A stretch of DNA of 57,017 bases, filler included, from Sphacelaria rigidula (lineage: Eukaryota), in the NCBI GenBank assembly GCA_964200075.2. It is 6 parts of 6 records of this genome, joined end to end, with 100 filler letters (N's around TTAATTAATTAA, not from the genome) between each part and the next. Parts side by side here need not be neighbours in the genome. Positions count along the whole stretch, not along the records: positions 19,041 to 28,460 come from CAXNAA020008545.1; positions 28,561 to 37,979 come from CAXNAA020008546.1; 4 more parts are not named here. One strand, given 5' to 3'. The stretch's first letter is position 1. Each line of letters opens with the position of its first letter. The notes beneath the pieces are model-generated. The model did no database searches and was not told the origin of the DNA. It saw only the letters and a list, made by a program, of their open reading frames with translations. Of the stretch, positions 24,237 through 36,014 are shown piece by piece. The position numbers and the translations under genes are program-made.

Positions 24237-27200
24237 ATGGAGGCAGACCCACCCAATATGCCAGTCTGGACGGGCGCTCGTGGGCAGTCGCGATAAACAT
24301 GGGACGCACGGAGACTCTCCATAGCTGGATACGCAGGGGGGTGTACTCATGATCACGCATGTCATAGTCATCAGACCATTGACGCAGGGGGGGAGGGACT
24401 ATACCCCCTGCTGCAACGGGATTACACCACCCCGGCCGTTCCGACAGCGACCACAACACTCGACCTGCGTGGGGCGGACGAAACCCACCCACGTAACGAA
24501 CAGTCCTTGTGGTTACTCTTGGGACAGGCTACGAGAGGGTCAGCCACAGCCATCGTCGCACGGTGCAAGCACGAAGGCAACCTCCACGGTAGGGAAGCCT
24601 GGCTGAAGATGGAACGGATATACGGAGGGCGTGCACAGGACGAGCGCCCTGTACACCTACTTGCGATGGAACGAAGACTGCGGAATCTCCAATGCAATTC
24701 TGCAGAAGAATCAGCAGATTTCATGGTGAAGCTGGACACCATCTGAGGGGAATTCGAAGCGCTTGGAGACGTCAAAGCCGAGGAGACGAAGAGGGCAGCC
24801 ATTCTAGTCGGCATCAAGGAGGCTCTTCCACAAGTACTCGTCCAGCCAACAACCCAGCCAGGTATAACGTACGATGAGCTAAGACGGGCAGTCGTAGCAT
24901 TATCAGCTCACCCAACGTCTGACATGGAACGCCGCAATGAGGCAATAGCGCTCCAATCGAGAACCGACTCCGGCAAAACCGACTCGGGGCTCGATAGCAA
25001 TGAATACGCCTACTGTTTGAAGCGAAATCATAGGTAGCGGGAGTGTCGCTCCTACCTTAACGGCAAACCTCCGGCATAACGCCCGCCGGGCATGAGCCCC
25101 TCACGAACGTTCCCACCTCCTTGACGAAACAGGAGAGCTAATGGGAGGAGAGACAGACCGAGACCATTCATGACGATGAACGTGGTTGTCGAAGATGAGC
25201 GAGTAGTATCCATGTGCACGTCGACCAACACTCACACAGAGGTATCGATTCTCTGCGACTCGGGAGGGAATATCTACATGATTCCCTGGAAACAGGATCT
25301 CAGAAACACGCGAACACGCGTGCGGTTGACCCAAGCTGTACATTTGGGAACAAGGGGCAGCTGCAGGCGCTGGCAATGGAAGAAATCCCGATACACGTGA
25401 GCGTTTGGGGGAAGGAAGCTCCGACAAGGGTCACACCGAAGGACGTACTTTTAGTCCCTGGACTACCTTGCCGGCTGCCGAGTACCGGAATGATTCGGCG
25501 TGACGGAGGAGAATCAGGGATTCCGGCAGGAAGGAGAGCTACCTTCGTTTCAGAAAGGATGGACCGAAGATATCCCTTGCCGGGAATAGAGGGTTCCTGA
25601 GCCCGTCGGCATCGCTGCAGGAGAATGGCAAACATGCGGCGATGGCGCATGTTTGTGCACGCTTCGTTCGCAAACAAGGAGAAGCGCCTCACACTGAAGG
25701 AGTGGCACGACACCTTAGGATACATCGATCCGGCGGCCTCAAAACACCCTGAAAAGCGTGGGCTGATCGACGCCACTGATGCCACGGTGGCGTGCGAGAT
25801 GCGCTGTGGCGTCTGCAAGGAATGCAAGTCCGAGGCGCTCAGCTACGGCCGCGGCAGCAGGAGTCCCAAAGCACCCCGTGAAATCGTGCACACTGGCCTT
25901 CAAGGGCCTTTCCACGCCGATACAACGGGCATGAAACACTTTTACGTTTTTGTGGATGAGGTCAGTCGAGATAAGCACGCTGTTGGACTCAACACACGAG
26001 ATGCTGCCACTGACGACACGGGAGCCTACATCGACGAAATGGCCCGTGAGGGAGTGGCCATCAAATGCATCAGCGGAGACGGCGCTAAGGGACTAGGACA
26101 GTCAGTCAGATATTAACGCTAGATGGCCGATCGCGGCCAATCGCAGCATCAAGTGGCGCTGCTCTCCGCCAAGGACACCGCAAAGTAATGGAATTGCTGG
26201 ACGTGCAATTCAACAATTGATGAGGATAGCAACCAGCCAATTGGTGAAAGCGGGACACCGGGAAGATTACTGGTTCTTCGCTGTGGCGGACGTGACATTC
26301 AAGAGACCGCAGAGATGCCCCACGAGTGCCTCGGGGGCGAGACCCCCATGTGAGAGGCTGACAGGGAAGCCTTTCAACTACGACGAGCTTCGTACTTGGG
26401 GATTCAAGTGTTTCGTACACCAGCACAAGCAGTAGCGCGGCGCCGCTGCAAAGTTCCACTCATATGCGAAGCGGAGCATCTTGATGGGTCACGACCGGCA
26501 CTCTCCGCTGGTATGCATGGCTGATGCAAGAATCAAAGCTCGTGAAGTGTTCACACGTCACGTTAGAATCAGAGGCCAAGATCCGAGACATCGTGGGGGA
26601 GCTGAAGGCTATCAAAACTGAGTGACGACGAGGACGAACCATCGGAAGAGGCGGACGCAGCACCAATCGACGGCGATGATGGCCCGGGTGGACAGCCACC
26701 ACAGGACCCGACATCATCGAAGCGCTCTTCTCCGGACAGCGAACTGCGCAGGCCCAGTCGACTGGCGCAACGGTATCGGGGGGACAACGTACAGCAACGC
26801 TTCAGGAGTTCTGACGACAGCAGTCCTGATGACGGAAATTTCCTCACCACCCTTCCACAAGATCAGGATGAAGGTGAATTCTGCATGCTCGCGGGTGGAG
26901 TCGTCACTGGACCTCAAGAACCATCGACAGCGAAAGAAGCCCTGGCAGGGGCTGATGCTGATATATGGAAAGTGGGAGTGGATAAGGAAATCCAACGGAA
27001 GGACAATGAACCTCAGAGCCGAGAGGCCGGTGAGTCGCTGGGACCACGGGTGCCACCGGCGGCGCCTGTAACTCATGCGACTCCAAGCGCGGATGGGCGT
27101 TTGTTTCGAAGGCCCAAGGACGGAGGCATCGCGAACAAGATCGGAGCAACAGATCGGACTAGAGGATCGCGCCTTCTTCAGCGGAGATGGTCGTGAACAG

Positions 27201-27500
27201 GGCCAAGTCACCGGACCAACTGAGACGCTGGGCGATAACAAAGGGGCGAAGCTCGGGAATAGATGCGTGCCGAGCGCGGACGATTCTACCCTTGACCAAG
27301 AAGCAAAGGAACAGCCCGCGGCAAAGGAAGGGACAAGGGCGGTGGAGGGACCGCCGGAAGGTGCGGGATGCGTGCCACTAAAGGACACTCTCGCACAAGG
27401 CCAACAAACGATCAAGCCGCCGTTCTCGACGAAGATATGTCAAAACGCAAAAAGCGGCGGAAGTCGGGACGAGTCCGGAGGGTCCAGGTCCACCACGTGA
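24237..27500 (+). pseudogene. Decayed gag-protease-integrase polyprotein with low-complexity tail
   Basis: GREAWLKMERIYG (gag), degenerate Zn knuckle YCLKRNHR*REC, ILCDSG (PR), LKEWHDTLGY..CGVC, FYVFVDE, TPQSNGIA, LRTWGFKCFVH (IN), EPSTAKEAL..W..DKEI, then non-RT sequence; many stops and frameshifts. Confidence 0.85.
24331..24392 (-). mobile_element. 40-bp micro-insertion with 11-bp TSD (ACGCAGGGGGG) in gag
   Basis: Direct repeats at 24331-24341 and 24382-24392; the insert matches 28402-28441. Confidence 0.75.
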
Positions 27501-27601
27501 CTCTAATGGCATTCGATGGAAATATTGATCTGTCTCGTATCTGGCACGTTGAGTGTGATCGTATTAGTTCTCTGGTGCTACGCTGTACGATCGTGGGGGA
27601 G

Positions 27602-28014
27602 TGTGCAGATTATGTCTAGGACATAGATCTCTTATGTAGATTCTTGAACATGTAGTCAACCACCCTGGTAGGAGCCAATACGGTTCAGTACAAAAGTACC
27701 AACAGGGACGATCCGGGAACCGGTACTGTGGCCAGTATTTAGCAGAGCCAGAATGGCGCCACAGCTCTATATTGTAAGCGCTATAGTTCAGGGCCTAGGG
27801 CTGGGGTTCAGAGAAGGGTTCAGAGAGAGCTGTACACAAGCGGGTGACATCTGAATGAAGAATGAAAAGCACGGCGATGTAGCGCCCCACTCGGGTACGT
27901 CGTCTGCTTAAGCTATCTATTTAGATCTCTCATAACAGTTGCCTTCCTCCGCGATGAAACGATGCACTGCGAGGAAGCGCACCATGGCCACATCAAACAC
28001 CTCACAAGTGCACA
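27602..28014 (+). repeat. 3' LTR
   Basis: TGTGCAGATTATG...GTGCACA, directly after the PPT. Confidence 0.9.
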
Positions 28015-28396
28015 GAATGAACCCGTCTCTTCTGCTTCGTTAAAGGAGAGAAACGATGGATAAGGATGACAATGCATAGTAAAACAAACAGCATGATCAT
28101 CACGACGCCTTCGCTCATCCTGCAGACGGTCAAATCCTCGTCCTATATCGACAACGAAAGGACAAAACAAATTGAAAAAAATATAATAATACGAACGTGT
28201 GTACGTATTTACAGTACCGTAAATCTCACGGATCCATAGTGAACGGCGCACGAAGTCAAAATCGAAAACAACAACAATGAGCGACATCGGCGAAAATGAT
28301 CCCAAGCTTAAAAGTTCCCAGCTGCTCGGTGTATTCAGCACTTGTCATTTTGATCCGCATGTAGATTTTACCTCCTCAAACCGGTCACTTTTCTGT

Positions 28397-28460
28397 GGGG
28401 GTGTACTCATGATGATGCATGCCATAGTCATAAGACCATTGACCTCGCATCCCTATAAAG
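28397..28460 (-). mobile_element. Longer copy of the micro-insertion motif (probable retroelement 3' end), cut by contig end
   Basis: GGGGGTGTACTCATGATGATGCATGCCATAGTCATAAGACCATTGACC..; minus strand reads GCEVNGLMTMACII. Confidence 0.6.
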
Positions 28461-28560
28461 NNNNNNNNNNNNNNNNNNNNNNNNNNNNNNNNNNNNNNNN
28501 NNNNTTAATTAATTAANNNNNNNNNNNNNNNNNNNNNNNNNNNNNNNNNNNNNNNNNNNN
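28461..28560. other. Artificial contig spacer
   Basis: N run with TTAATTAATTAA. Confidence 0.98.
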
Positions 28561-29421
28561 TGCTCAACTCGTGCTCTATGCTGCAGGGTGACGGTGGTAG
28601 CCGAGAATGAGTTGGATGGAGGTTGCATGGTCCTGTGAACGGGTGTTATTTGGCGTGGTGGTCTGTAAGACAACAGTCAAGTGCCGCTTCGTGCATTTCG
28701 ACTGCAGGTTTTCGATCGGATTTTTTTTTTGCACTCGTTGCATTCTCCTTCGCGCGCCGCTAATTTTAATTTTGAGTTGAAGCCTTCGAGGAACATAAAT
28801 GCGGTTGACCTATCAGATAGGCAGAAACAACTTCGATCGCACTTTTTCGATCGAAGAAAAGACTGCCAAGACACGCTCTTGTCAAATTGTTTTTGATTCG
28901 AAAACGTACGGTGGGATCGAATTTGCTCGTACCTGATACGTCCACGGCATTCATGTTCTCAACCATCTTTGAAAAATAGTAGCGTGGGCGAATCAGAAAC
29001 GAGCGAATTCGATTCGACCGCACGTTTTCGACACTAAAAAAATTGGACAAAACACGGGCTGAGATGAAGTCGCATTCTGAGCACCCTACGAGCACAGTCC
29101 CCACCGACGATCCGTATTTTTGTGTTTAGAATAGAATCGAGTCGGAGAGTTGCATATCTATGTGGTGTTAAAAATTGAACGGAATAATATATGTTCAACG
29201 CGATCTTTGAAAATATCGACGAAAACACGTCGGGACAGTACAGTACCGTATCGATATTTTTCGATCGAAAAAGTGCGGTGGGAAACAAAAATCCCGATCT
29301 GATAGATCATGATTTCAACCATCTTCAAAATTACAGCCGATGATTGAAATCACGATCCATCAGATCAGGATTTTTGCTTTCCACCGCACTTTTTCGGCCC
29401 AAAACCAGTTAAGACAGGCCC
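28561..29421. mobile_element. Terminal part of a non-autonomous PIF/Harbinger-like element
   Basis: Homologous to about 3680-4000; TTTTCGATCGAA subterminal motifs; ends AAGACAGGCCC-TAA like the TIR of the 4487 MITE. Confidence 0.65.
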
Positions 29422-30959
29422 TAATGAGACAGGGCCTAACAGGGCCTCAGAAAATGACGCGAGACATTTTGAGTATCGATACTCGATACAACATGCGATA
29501 CCGCCATTATTTTGGTAGGGACGCAGCTTGCAAGACCTAACGGTACTACACTAGCACACTAGCAACCTAACCCGTAGCGGGTGCACGCCTGATTGTATGA
29601 AGGTAAAGCCGCAGAAATGTGTGATTTGTTATTTGGCATGATGGAAGCCGCGGCACAACATGCGGTGTGATGATTCTGTCTAACAAAAATTGTTCGTCAT
29701 CGTGCAAGAGGCAATACTGCTGTCGTTTTCGCCACCACCTCTCTTTGTGCTTTCCGTTCGATGTGCCTTGCCCACCCCTGTAGTACAGCTTGAGAGGAAA
29801 TATAGAGGATCATGGAAGGTCCAGGGCAGCAAGCGATCCACAGCGAGCTGCTAGCTGCCTACGGCCTACTGCGAGCGAAGCGATAGTCTTGCACATCAGC
29901 AGATCCACGGGGTGGCCTTTTTCGTGCCAAACCGGGATATTATACCGTTGAGATTTCCTATTTTATTTTTTGAATCTCGTTTGAATTCAGAGACATGATT
30001 GTTCTTAGAGCATGACCTAGGGTAGCGGGTATGAAGACTACTTGTTCCATCTCGCACACACATCGGACCCCGCACCCAGCTCACCAGACGCCTGTGCTTC
30101 ATACCCTAGTACTTGGCAGAAGATTTTCAGGTACTTCTTGGATTCGAAGAGACCGATTTTCCGTGTCGATGGCGCTCCCGCAGAGCACAAGGGGTCCGCC
30201 TAGGGGTGTGGATGGTGGCCTGCTCAAGGCGCTACCTTATATACACAGCGACGTCGGGTGAACCACAGTACCGGACCAAAGACGCACAATTTGCTCCTCC
30301 TGGATTGTTTTGTTGTGCTATGGCGTGACAAAACGAGACGAGCATATGCTGGGTGGCATACGGGCAGTGGGGTTTCACTTCTACAGGTTCTTCTTGCGGA
30401 TGTACTCGGGGGCAATGCAAGATGCTCTGCGGTCATGATGGGTGGGTGCGTGAGAAACGAGCGCTTTTCGGGCCGACCTATTTTTATGTCGATGTTCATG
30501 TGCGGATCGTCTAGTCGACGTATGAGAGCATGACCGAGGTGTCTGTCCGTCCTGCGTTGCGGTGGGTGCTTGTCTGTGGTGGAAACATGAGGCAGTCGGC
30601 ACTTTCGGTTTGCGACACATGATGTTAGCTTGTGTTCGAGAGCGATCGATGTAGAGCTCTCGGCATGCTAATTGGTGTAATGGTACATATGTCGTCCGTC
30701 TGGGCCCGAACTGTCGAAGTTTTCGGTTACAATTTACTATTCCGATTTGGTTCGGGTAAGAAAATTGATCGCGAGAGGCCATGCAGGCCATGGCGCCGCC
30801 AGTGCATTGCGCGCTCGATACGTAGGAGTACCGTACTGTCGAGCTGCGCTTGTTTCTCGTCTGGTTCGGATTTGTGAATCAAAGACAAATGAAAGTACTG
30901 GGGTACCTCGAATCACGACCTTGTCACGTCATCTGCAGAATATTGCTCATATACTACCC

Positions 30960-31297
30960 CCTGAAGTCCGAATAGCCACCCTGCGGCACCGGATTTTTTT
31001 AGGTGAGCCATATTTCTTCTCTTCCTTCTCTATTTTACTCTGTTTTGCTTGTATCACGCGTAGTGAGGTTTTTTCTGGGTCTAATATTATTATTTTTTAA
31101 TCCCCATACCTTGTTATAGGTGTATAGCCTGAAGTCCGAATAGCCACCCTGCGGCACCGGATCTTCTGAGGTTAGCCATATTTCTTCTCTTTCTTCTCTA
31201 CTTTACTCTGTTTTGCTTGCATCGCGCGTAGTGGGGGTTTTTCCGGGTCTAATATCATTTTGAAAAAATCCCTCATACCTTGTTATGGGTAGCTAGC
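30960..31297 (+). repeat. Two diverged tandem copies of a roughly 169-bp unit (possible retroelement 3' UTR)
   Basis: CCTGAAGTCCGAATAGCCACCCTGCGGCACCGGAT.. at 30960 and 31128, running into the repeat shared with 6059. Confidence 0.8.
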
Positions 31298-32135
31298 CTG
31301 TGACTACGGGAGGCGTCCCCATCAGATGCCCAGTACGAATTTACCGCGCAGATATCGAAACGGTTTTCAACGTGGAGACAACATCAACAACACCATACTG
31401 CTATACTATGATCCTGTTCGGCACTTTCATGTGGCGTTTCGTTGTGTTTTCTTCCCGTGGATTCTGGGCCACCTCCACTGGACAAAGTACTGGAAGGTAC
31501 TTGATCGTATCGGCACTCTGTACGAGTACTATGAGAGAGTTTCAGAGACGCGTTTTTTCTCGTCGATGTTACTTTTTGCCAGCATTTATCCCTTCCTTTC
31601 ATCAATTTGACACTTCCGAAACTGCCATTGCTTCCCTCGGCGTTATGAAGTATGGAATGTTTGGTGCGTAAGGAAAAGAGTGTTCGAAGGTGTTGGCTTC
31701 AAAATATTACAGTATAAAATCCTTACGCTGACAAAATCAGGCTGACGACAAAACGTACTGTCTGCAGTATGTCGTAAGATCTTTGTCCCTCTAGACCTTG
31801 CGACCGTAACTGGGACGTGGCCCACTTGGGGGGATAAGCGTATTTTTACCTCACCTACGCCGGCAATGCGTTGAAAGATATTGCCACATATATATTTTGA
31901 CCCTCAGGATCCCACTAGTGTACTTCACTACTCGTACTCTTGTTCGTGCGTGCTGGTGTGTACAATACTAGTGTCCTGGAGTCCTTTGCCATACTGAATG
32001 TTGATGTTCTTCCCTGTGTTTTTCCCCGGAGTTAGATCGTATGGTACGGGTACGCGGCGGTGGAATATCGTGGTAGTGTTATCGGCGACTGACTGTCCCG
32101 TATGCTGTGAGACAGCTCAAGCTGCCTCTAAGTGG

Positions 32136-32930
32136 TATAATGCGCAGGAGGACCGCATGCTTAAGGGACCGCATCGGAGTTTAGATACCCCAGGGTTAGG
32201 GTTAGGGCTGGGGTATGAGCTGGGCCAGCCAAGAGTAGGTGCCAATCTCGCTCAGGTGACGCACGGCGTGATATCAGGAGTTGTACGCTGAAATTTTGAC
32301 AGCAGCTCTTGATGATCGACATGCAGAAGATCGCGTGAGCTGCAAAGAAAAAAATATATAAGGAATTTATGAGGATTTGAAATTCCAGCTAAAACAAGAT
32401 GATGTCATAACTCCAGCAAAAAAATGAGAATCTGCAGCTGCTCACGGGACGTATGATTTCCTTCTGGCAGAAGGTCTACGTGAAATTTCATCTCAACAGT
32501 CGTCGAATTGGGCCGTGTGTGCAACATTTTACGTGACGCTGCTACACCCCACTAGTACCGAGTGCGGGGTGATTGCTGACGTGAATCCGCCCCACTGGAA
32601 AAAAAAACGCACTCCGACGCGCTATCGCTCAAAAAAATCAGACCCACCCTGTACACTCTGTAGTACAATGACGCCATCGGCAATACGACGCCAGTCGAAC
32701 GGCGACGCAGTTCTTTGTCATCAGGTGGGTCAGAAGTTCACAGTGATATNNNNNNNNNNGAAACTGGGGAAGCTGTGGTGCGAGCAACTTTAGCAGCTTT
32801 TAAGCTGGCCCAGCTCGTGTGGGTCAGGGGCGTGATTCTAATAACCGGATTCGGTTTGAAAAAAGTCGGTCCTGGTGTGTTTTGAACTACGATGCGGTCC
32901 TCTAAGCACACGGTCCCCCCACGCATTACA
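32136..32930. mobile_element. MITE (TGTAATGCG..CGCATTACA family) interrupted by a nested element
   Basis: TIRs TAATGCGCAGGAGGACCGCATGCTTA / TAAGCACACGGTCC..CGCATTACA; the two halves align to 35820-36014. Confidence 0.75.
32216..32817. mobile_element. Nested non-autonomous element with GAGCTGGGCCAGC TIRs (TA target, Tc1/mariner-like)
   Basis: TA|TGAGCTGGGCCAGC ... GCTGGCCCAGCTCG|TG; contains a 10-N gap. Confidence 0.7.
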
Positions 32931-34733
32931 GTGGCACACTGCGGTAATGTCGCAGTAGCTGCCTTGATGTCCGGGGTGTTTCGCAGCACCGATGACGACA
33001 CGGCGGCTTGCTGAAACGCATGATTGAGCTGCGCGGCAGACGATTAGTCTATACTTGACTGTAGTATCGCACAGTGTACAAGCAACCAATTCAATGAAGA
33101 TATCACATGGTACCCAGCCCCTACAGGTAATGATAACGAATCTGGACCACAGCTTGCCGCAAAATGCTCAAACACGAATATCGCTCTCTGTACCTGTATG
33201 ACAAAACTACGAGTGGTGTCTTATGTGCACCACAACAGTCCCTCGACTCTTGCTCCGTGTCAAGGATCCAGCAGTAGAATACACGAGCGTACAATAGTGG
33301 GACTCGTGGGGGAGGGATTCCCTCGTGATCTGTAGGCGGCCCACACATCGAAGATCGTGTACTGGTATTGACAAGATCCCCTCGTGGTCAATCAAATTTC
33401 GCACAATAATGACTGCCAAGTTACAAACGTGACTAGCACTACGATCGTGTATGACAGAGCTTGCGGCATTACTGAGATGTTCTTTAGTGTCCGATTACAA
33501 CTGTACACGGAATCTGACTCTCGCTCTAGCTCCGGCAGTCGAGAACGGCCTATACCAAAGATATATTGGCCGAAAAGTAACAAGAAGACGACGGTTTCAG
33601 CTGAGGCGCACCTCCTGAAAATGACATGTTTTGTATGCTGGTACCAAACGCGTGTCAAACACATCAAGAGTGCACAGGACTGCTCACCAGCAGCTGCAGC
33701 ACGCTAGCAAATATCGGTGTACACGTATCCCAGACGCTTCGCCAACTAGCGACAGGCGAAGAGCGGGATTTTCAGCGATAGTCATCGTGATCATCAGGAT
33801 TCTTGATCTTGAGACGGCTGTCTTTGGAGGTTCCGGTGAGCATTTTGGAATGGATGTCACAATACGATTGGTGAGAACGTGTCGTGCTGCGAGCGCGCTA
33901 CGTAGGAACCATGTGATCATCTGAATTCGCCGTGCTGGTGTGTGCCGTCCCTTCACCTACTGGCCGTGATGGTTTAGTGTGTGTTTTTCGATTCATGTTG
34001 GCGTCGCTTGCCACCCAGCTCGGGCTGCTTCCGAGTGCGAAAAGAGTGGTCAGCACATCGCGGCAACCGCACACTGCACGAGTACTGACGTGTGGCATGA
34101 CCCATATGTTAGGGGCTGCACTGCTTGTGCTTTTTCGTGTTGACCTCGGCGGTGGTTTCACCCTGCGGCATAGTATCATTGCACTCTTGGCTAGCATTGC
34201 CTACTTACCGTACGTGCGTAGTTCATGAGGCACGGCGGAAAAATCCCTGTAAAGAACGGTGCTCATGTTGCCATTCGAAAAAAAACACAACGGCTCCTTT
34301 TCAGAAGGCCAGTACCTTGTATCGAGCGGCATGAACGCCGCAACTATCATGTATGTAGACTTGTGTGACACCAGAGTCTTATCTCTTCACGAGGGCTGCA
34401 GTGGTCGTATCTGTCGTGTCGACGATTTTGGCATTTGATGAATGTGATTCAACACCTTCCAAATCGGAAGCTGATGATGGTGGAGTGGACATTCATTCAG
34501 TACAAGACCTTTGTTTCAGTATGCAATGCGGTTCAGTTTGCATTGTCTGAGTTGCCTTCGTGAAAGGCGGTCGCGTCTGCCATTCGCCATCTCAGAAACA
34601 GTAGTGCGGTACAAGTCTCAGCTACCGATCTCATCAGCGCAAACGCTGATTTCCATTGAGGAGCGCACCTGGGAATACAGGCCGCTACGACGTCGGCGAT
34701 GGCGAGGAGAACCGCCCTGCTCAAACATGTGTA

Positions 34734-35819
34734 CGAGCTGGGCCAGCCTAAAAACGGATTTAAGCTCTCCAACTTGTCTCCAAAGCGATATCTCAACGAC
34801 ACAGACGAGTTGGGCCGTGATCCGCATATCGTGTTAATCGTCTAATCAAGGGGAAGGTGCCCATCTGCTCAAAATTCTGGGCCATTTTTTTCTCGTCGAG
34901 TAAACCCCATGTATAGTAATTCTCATACCTAGCGGAGATGGCGTCCACACTAAAATTGATATGAAACCCCGAACGAAGGATCGAGCGGATGATGACGATT
35001 TTTGGTGTGGACCTTCCTTGGAGCACGGGGAGACGATAGATACCCTTACCTTCACCTAATTCGTTATCTATCTCGAGATATGGCGCACATAAGGTTCCAT
35101 ACTAGAATCAGTATATTACGAGCAGAGGCACTAGATGACCTAAATCTGGATATCGCGTCTCAGTTTTTGAGAGTTGTGCTGTGAAATTTGATATGGAGAA
35201 CCGCCAGTCCATAATGAAATGAAAAACACAGCTTTCTCGGGGATTTTCCCGTGTTTTTAGGGCGGTTTTTAAAAATAAAAAAAGGCTACATTGGTTTTTC
35301 ACGAGAGGTTCGGGCGTTCTCGTAAAAAAGTGGTCGTTACCATACTAAAATGCCCTCAATCAGTGAAAAATAGAAATAAAAACCAACCTCACCCATTTTT
35401 CTTGGTTCATCATGACCTAGCGAGGTTCCGCACGAAGTTTCAACCCACACACACCAAACGTAGGCCTATAAACGGCCTGCAAAATACTGTTCCGAATTTC
35501 CACCGGCCCGGTATTTGAAACGTAAATTCGCAAATTTTTCTTGGAGTTGGAAAGTAAATTTGGTATGGACAATCAAGAGGCCATGAAGAAAAGATGTCTG
35601 TGAGGTCCCAACGTTTTTTTTTTTCATGAGTTAAGGGCAATCATCAATCTAAGTAAAACTGCCCTTAACTCATGAAAGAAAAAAAACGTTGGGACCTCAC
35701 AGACAGCCTTTCTTCATGCCCTCGTGATTGTCCACACCAAATTTCACTTTCCAACTCCAAGAAAAAAATTGCGAATTCGCCTGCAAAGTACAAATCCGTT
35801 TGTTGGCTGGCCCAGCCTG
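34734..35819. mobile_element. Non-autonomous element with CGAGCTGGGCCAGCC TIRs and TA TSD
   Basis: TA|CGAGCTGGGCCAGCCTAAAAACGGATT ... AATCCGTTTGTTGGCTGGCCCAGCCTG|TA; left end also present at 47424. Confidence 0.75.
35525..35777. repeat. Long inverted repeat (about 115-bp arms, 20-nt loop)
   Basis: AATTCGCAA..TCATGAGTTAAGGGCA / TGCCCTTAACTCATGA..TTGCGAATT. Confidence 0.9.
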
Positions 35820-36014
35820 TAATTCGTAGGAGGACCGCGTGCTTAGGGGACTGCATCGGAGTTTAGAGACCCCTATGGTCAGGGTTCGTGTTGGGTTAGG
35901 GTCAGGGGCGTGGTCCCTGTAGGGACTGGCCCGGTTGGTTGTGAAAAACGTCGATCCTGGGGTGTACTGAACTACGATCTGGTCCTCTAAGCACGCGGTT
36001 CTCTCACGCATTAC
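35820..36014. mobile_element. MITE (TGTAATGCG..CGCATTACA family)
   Basis: About 50-bp imperfect TIRs; homologous to the flanks of 32136-32930. Confidence 0.75.

Larger units (their letters stand above)
23820..28014 (+). mobile_element. Copia-like LTR element, 4.2 kb, with gag-PR-IN but no RT/RNase H
   Basis: Paired LTRs 23820-24216 and 27602-28014 (TG..CA), TSD AAATG/GAATG, PBS GGTTATGAGCC at 24217, PPT GTGGGGGAG at 27593-27601. Confidence 0.92.
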
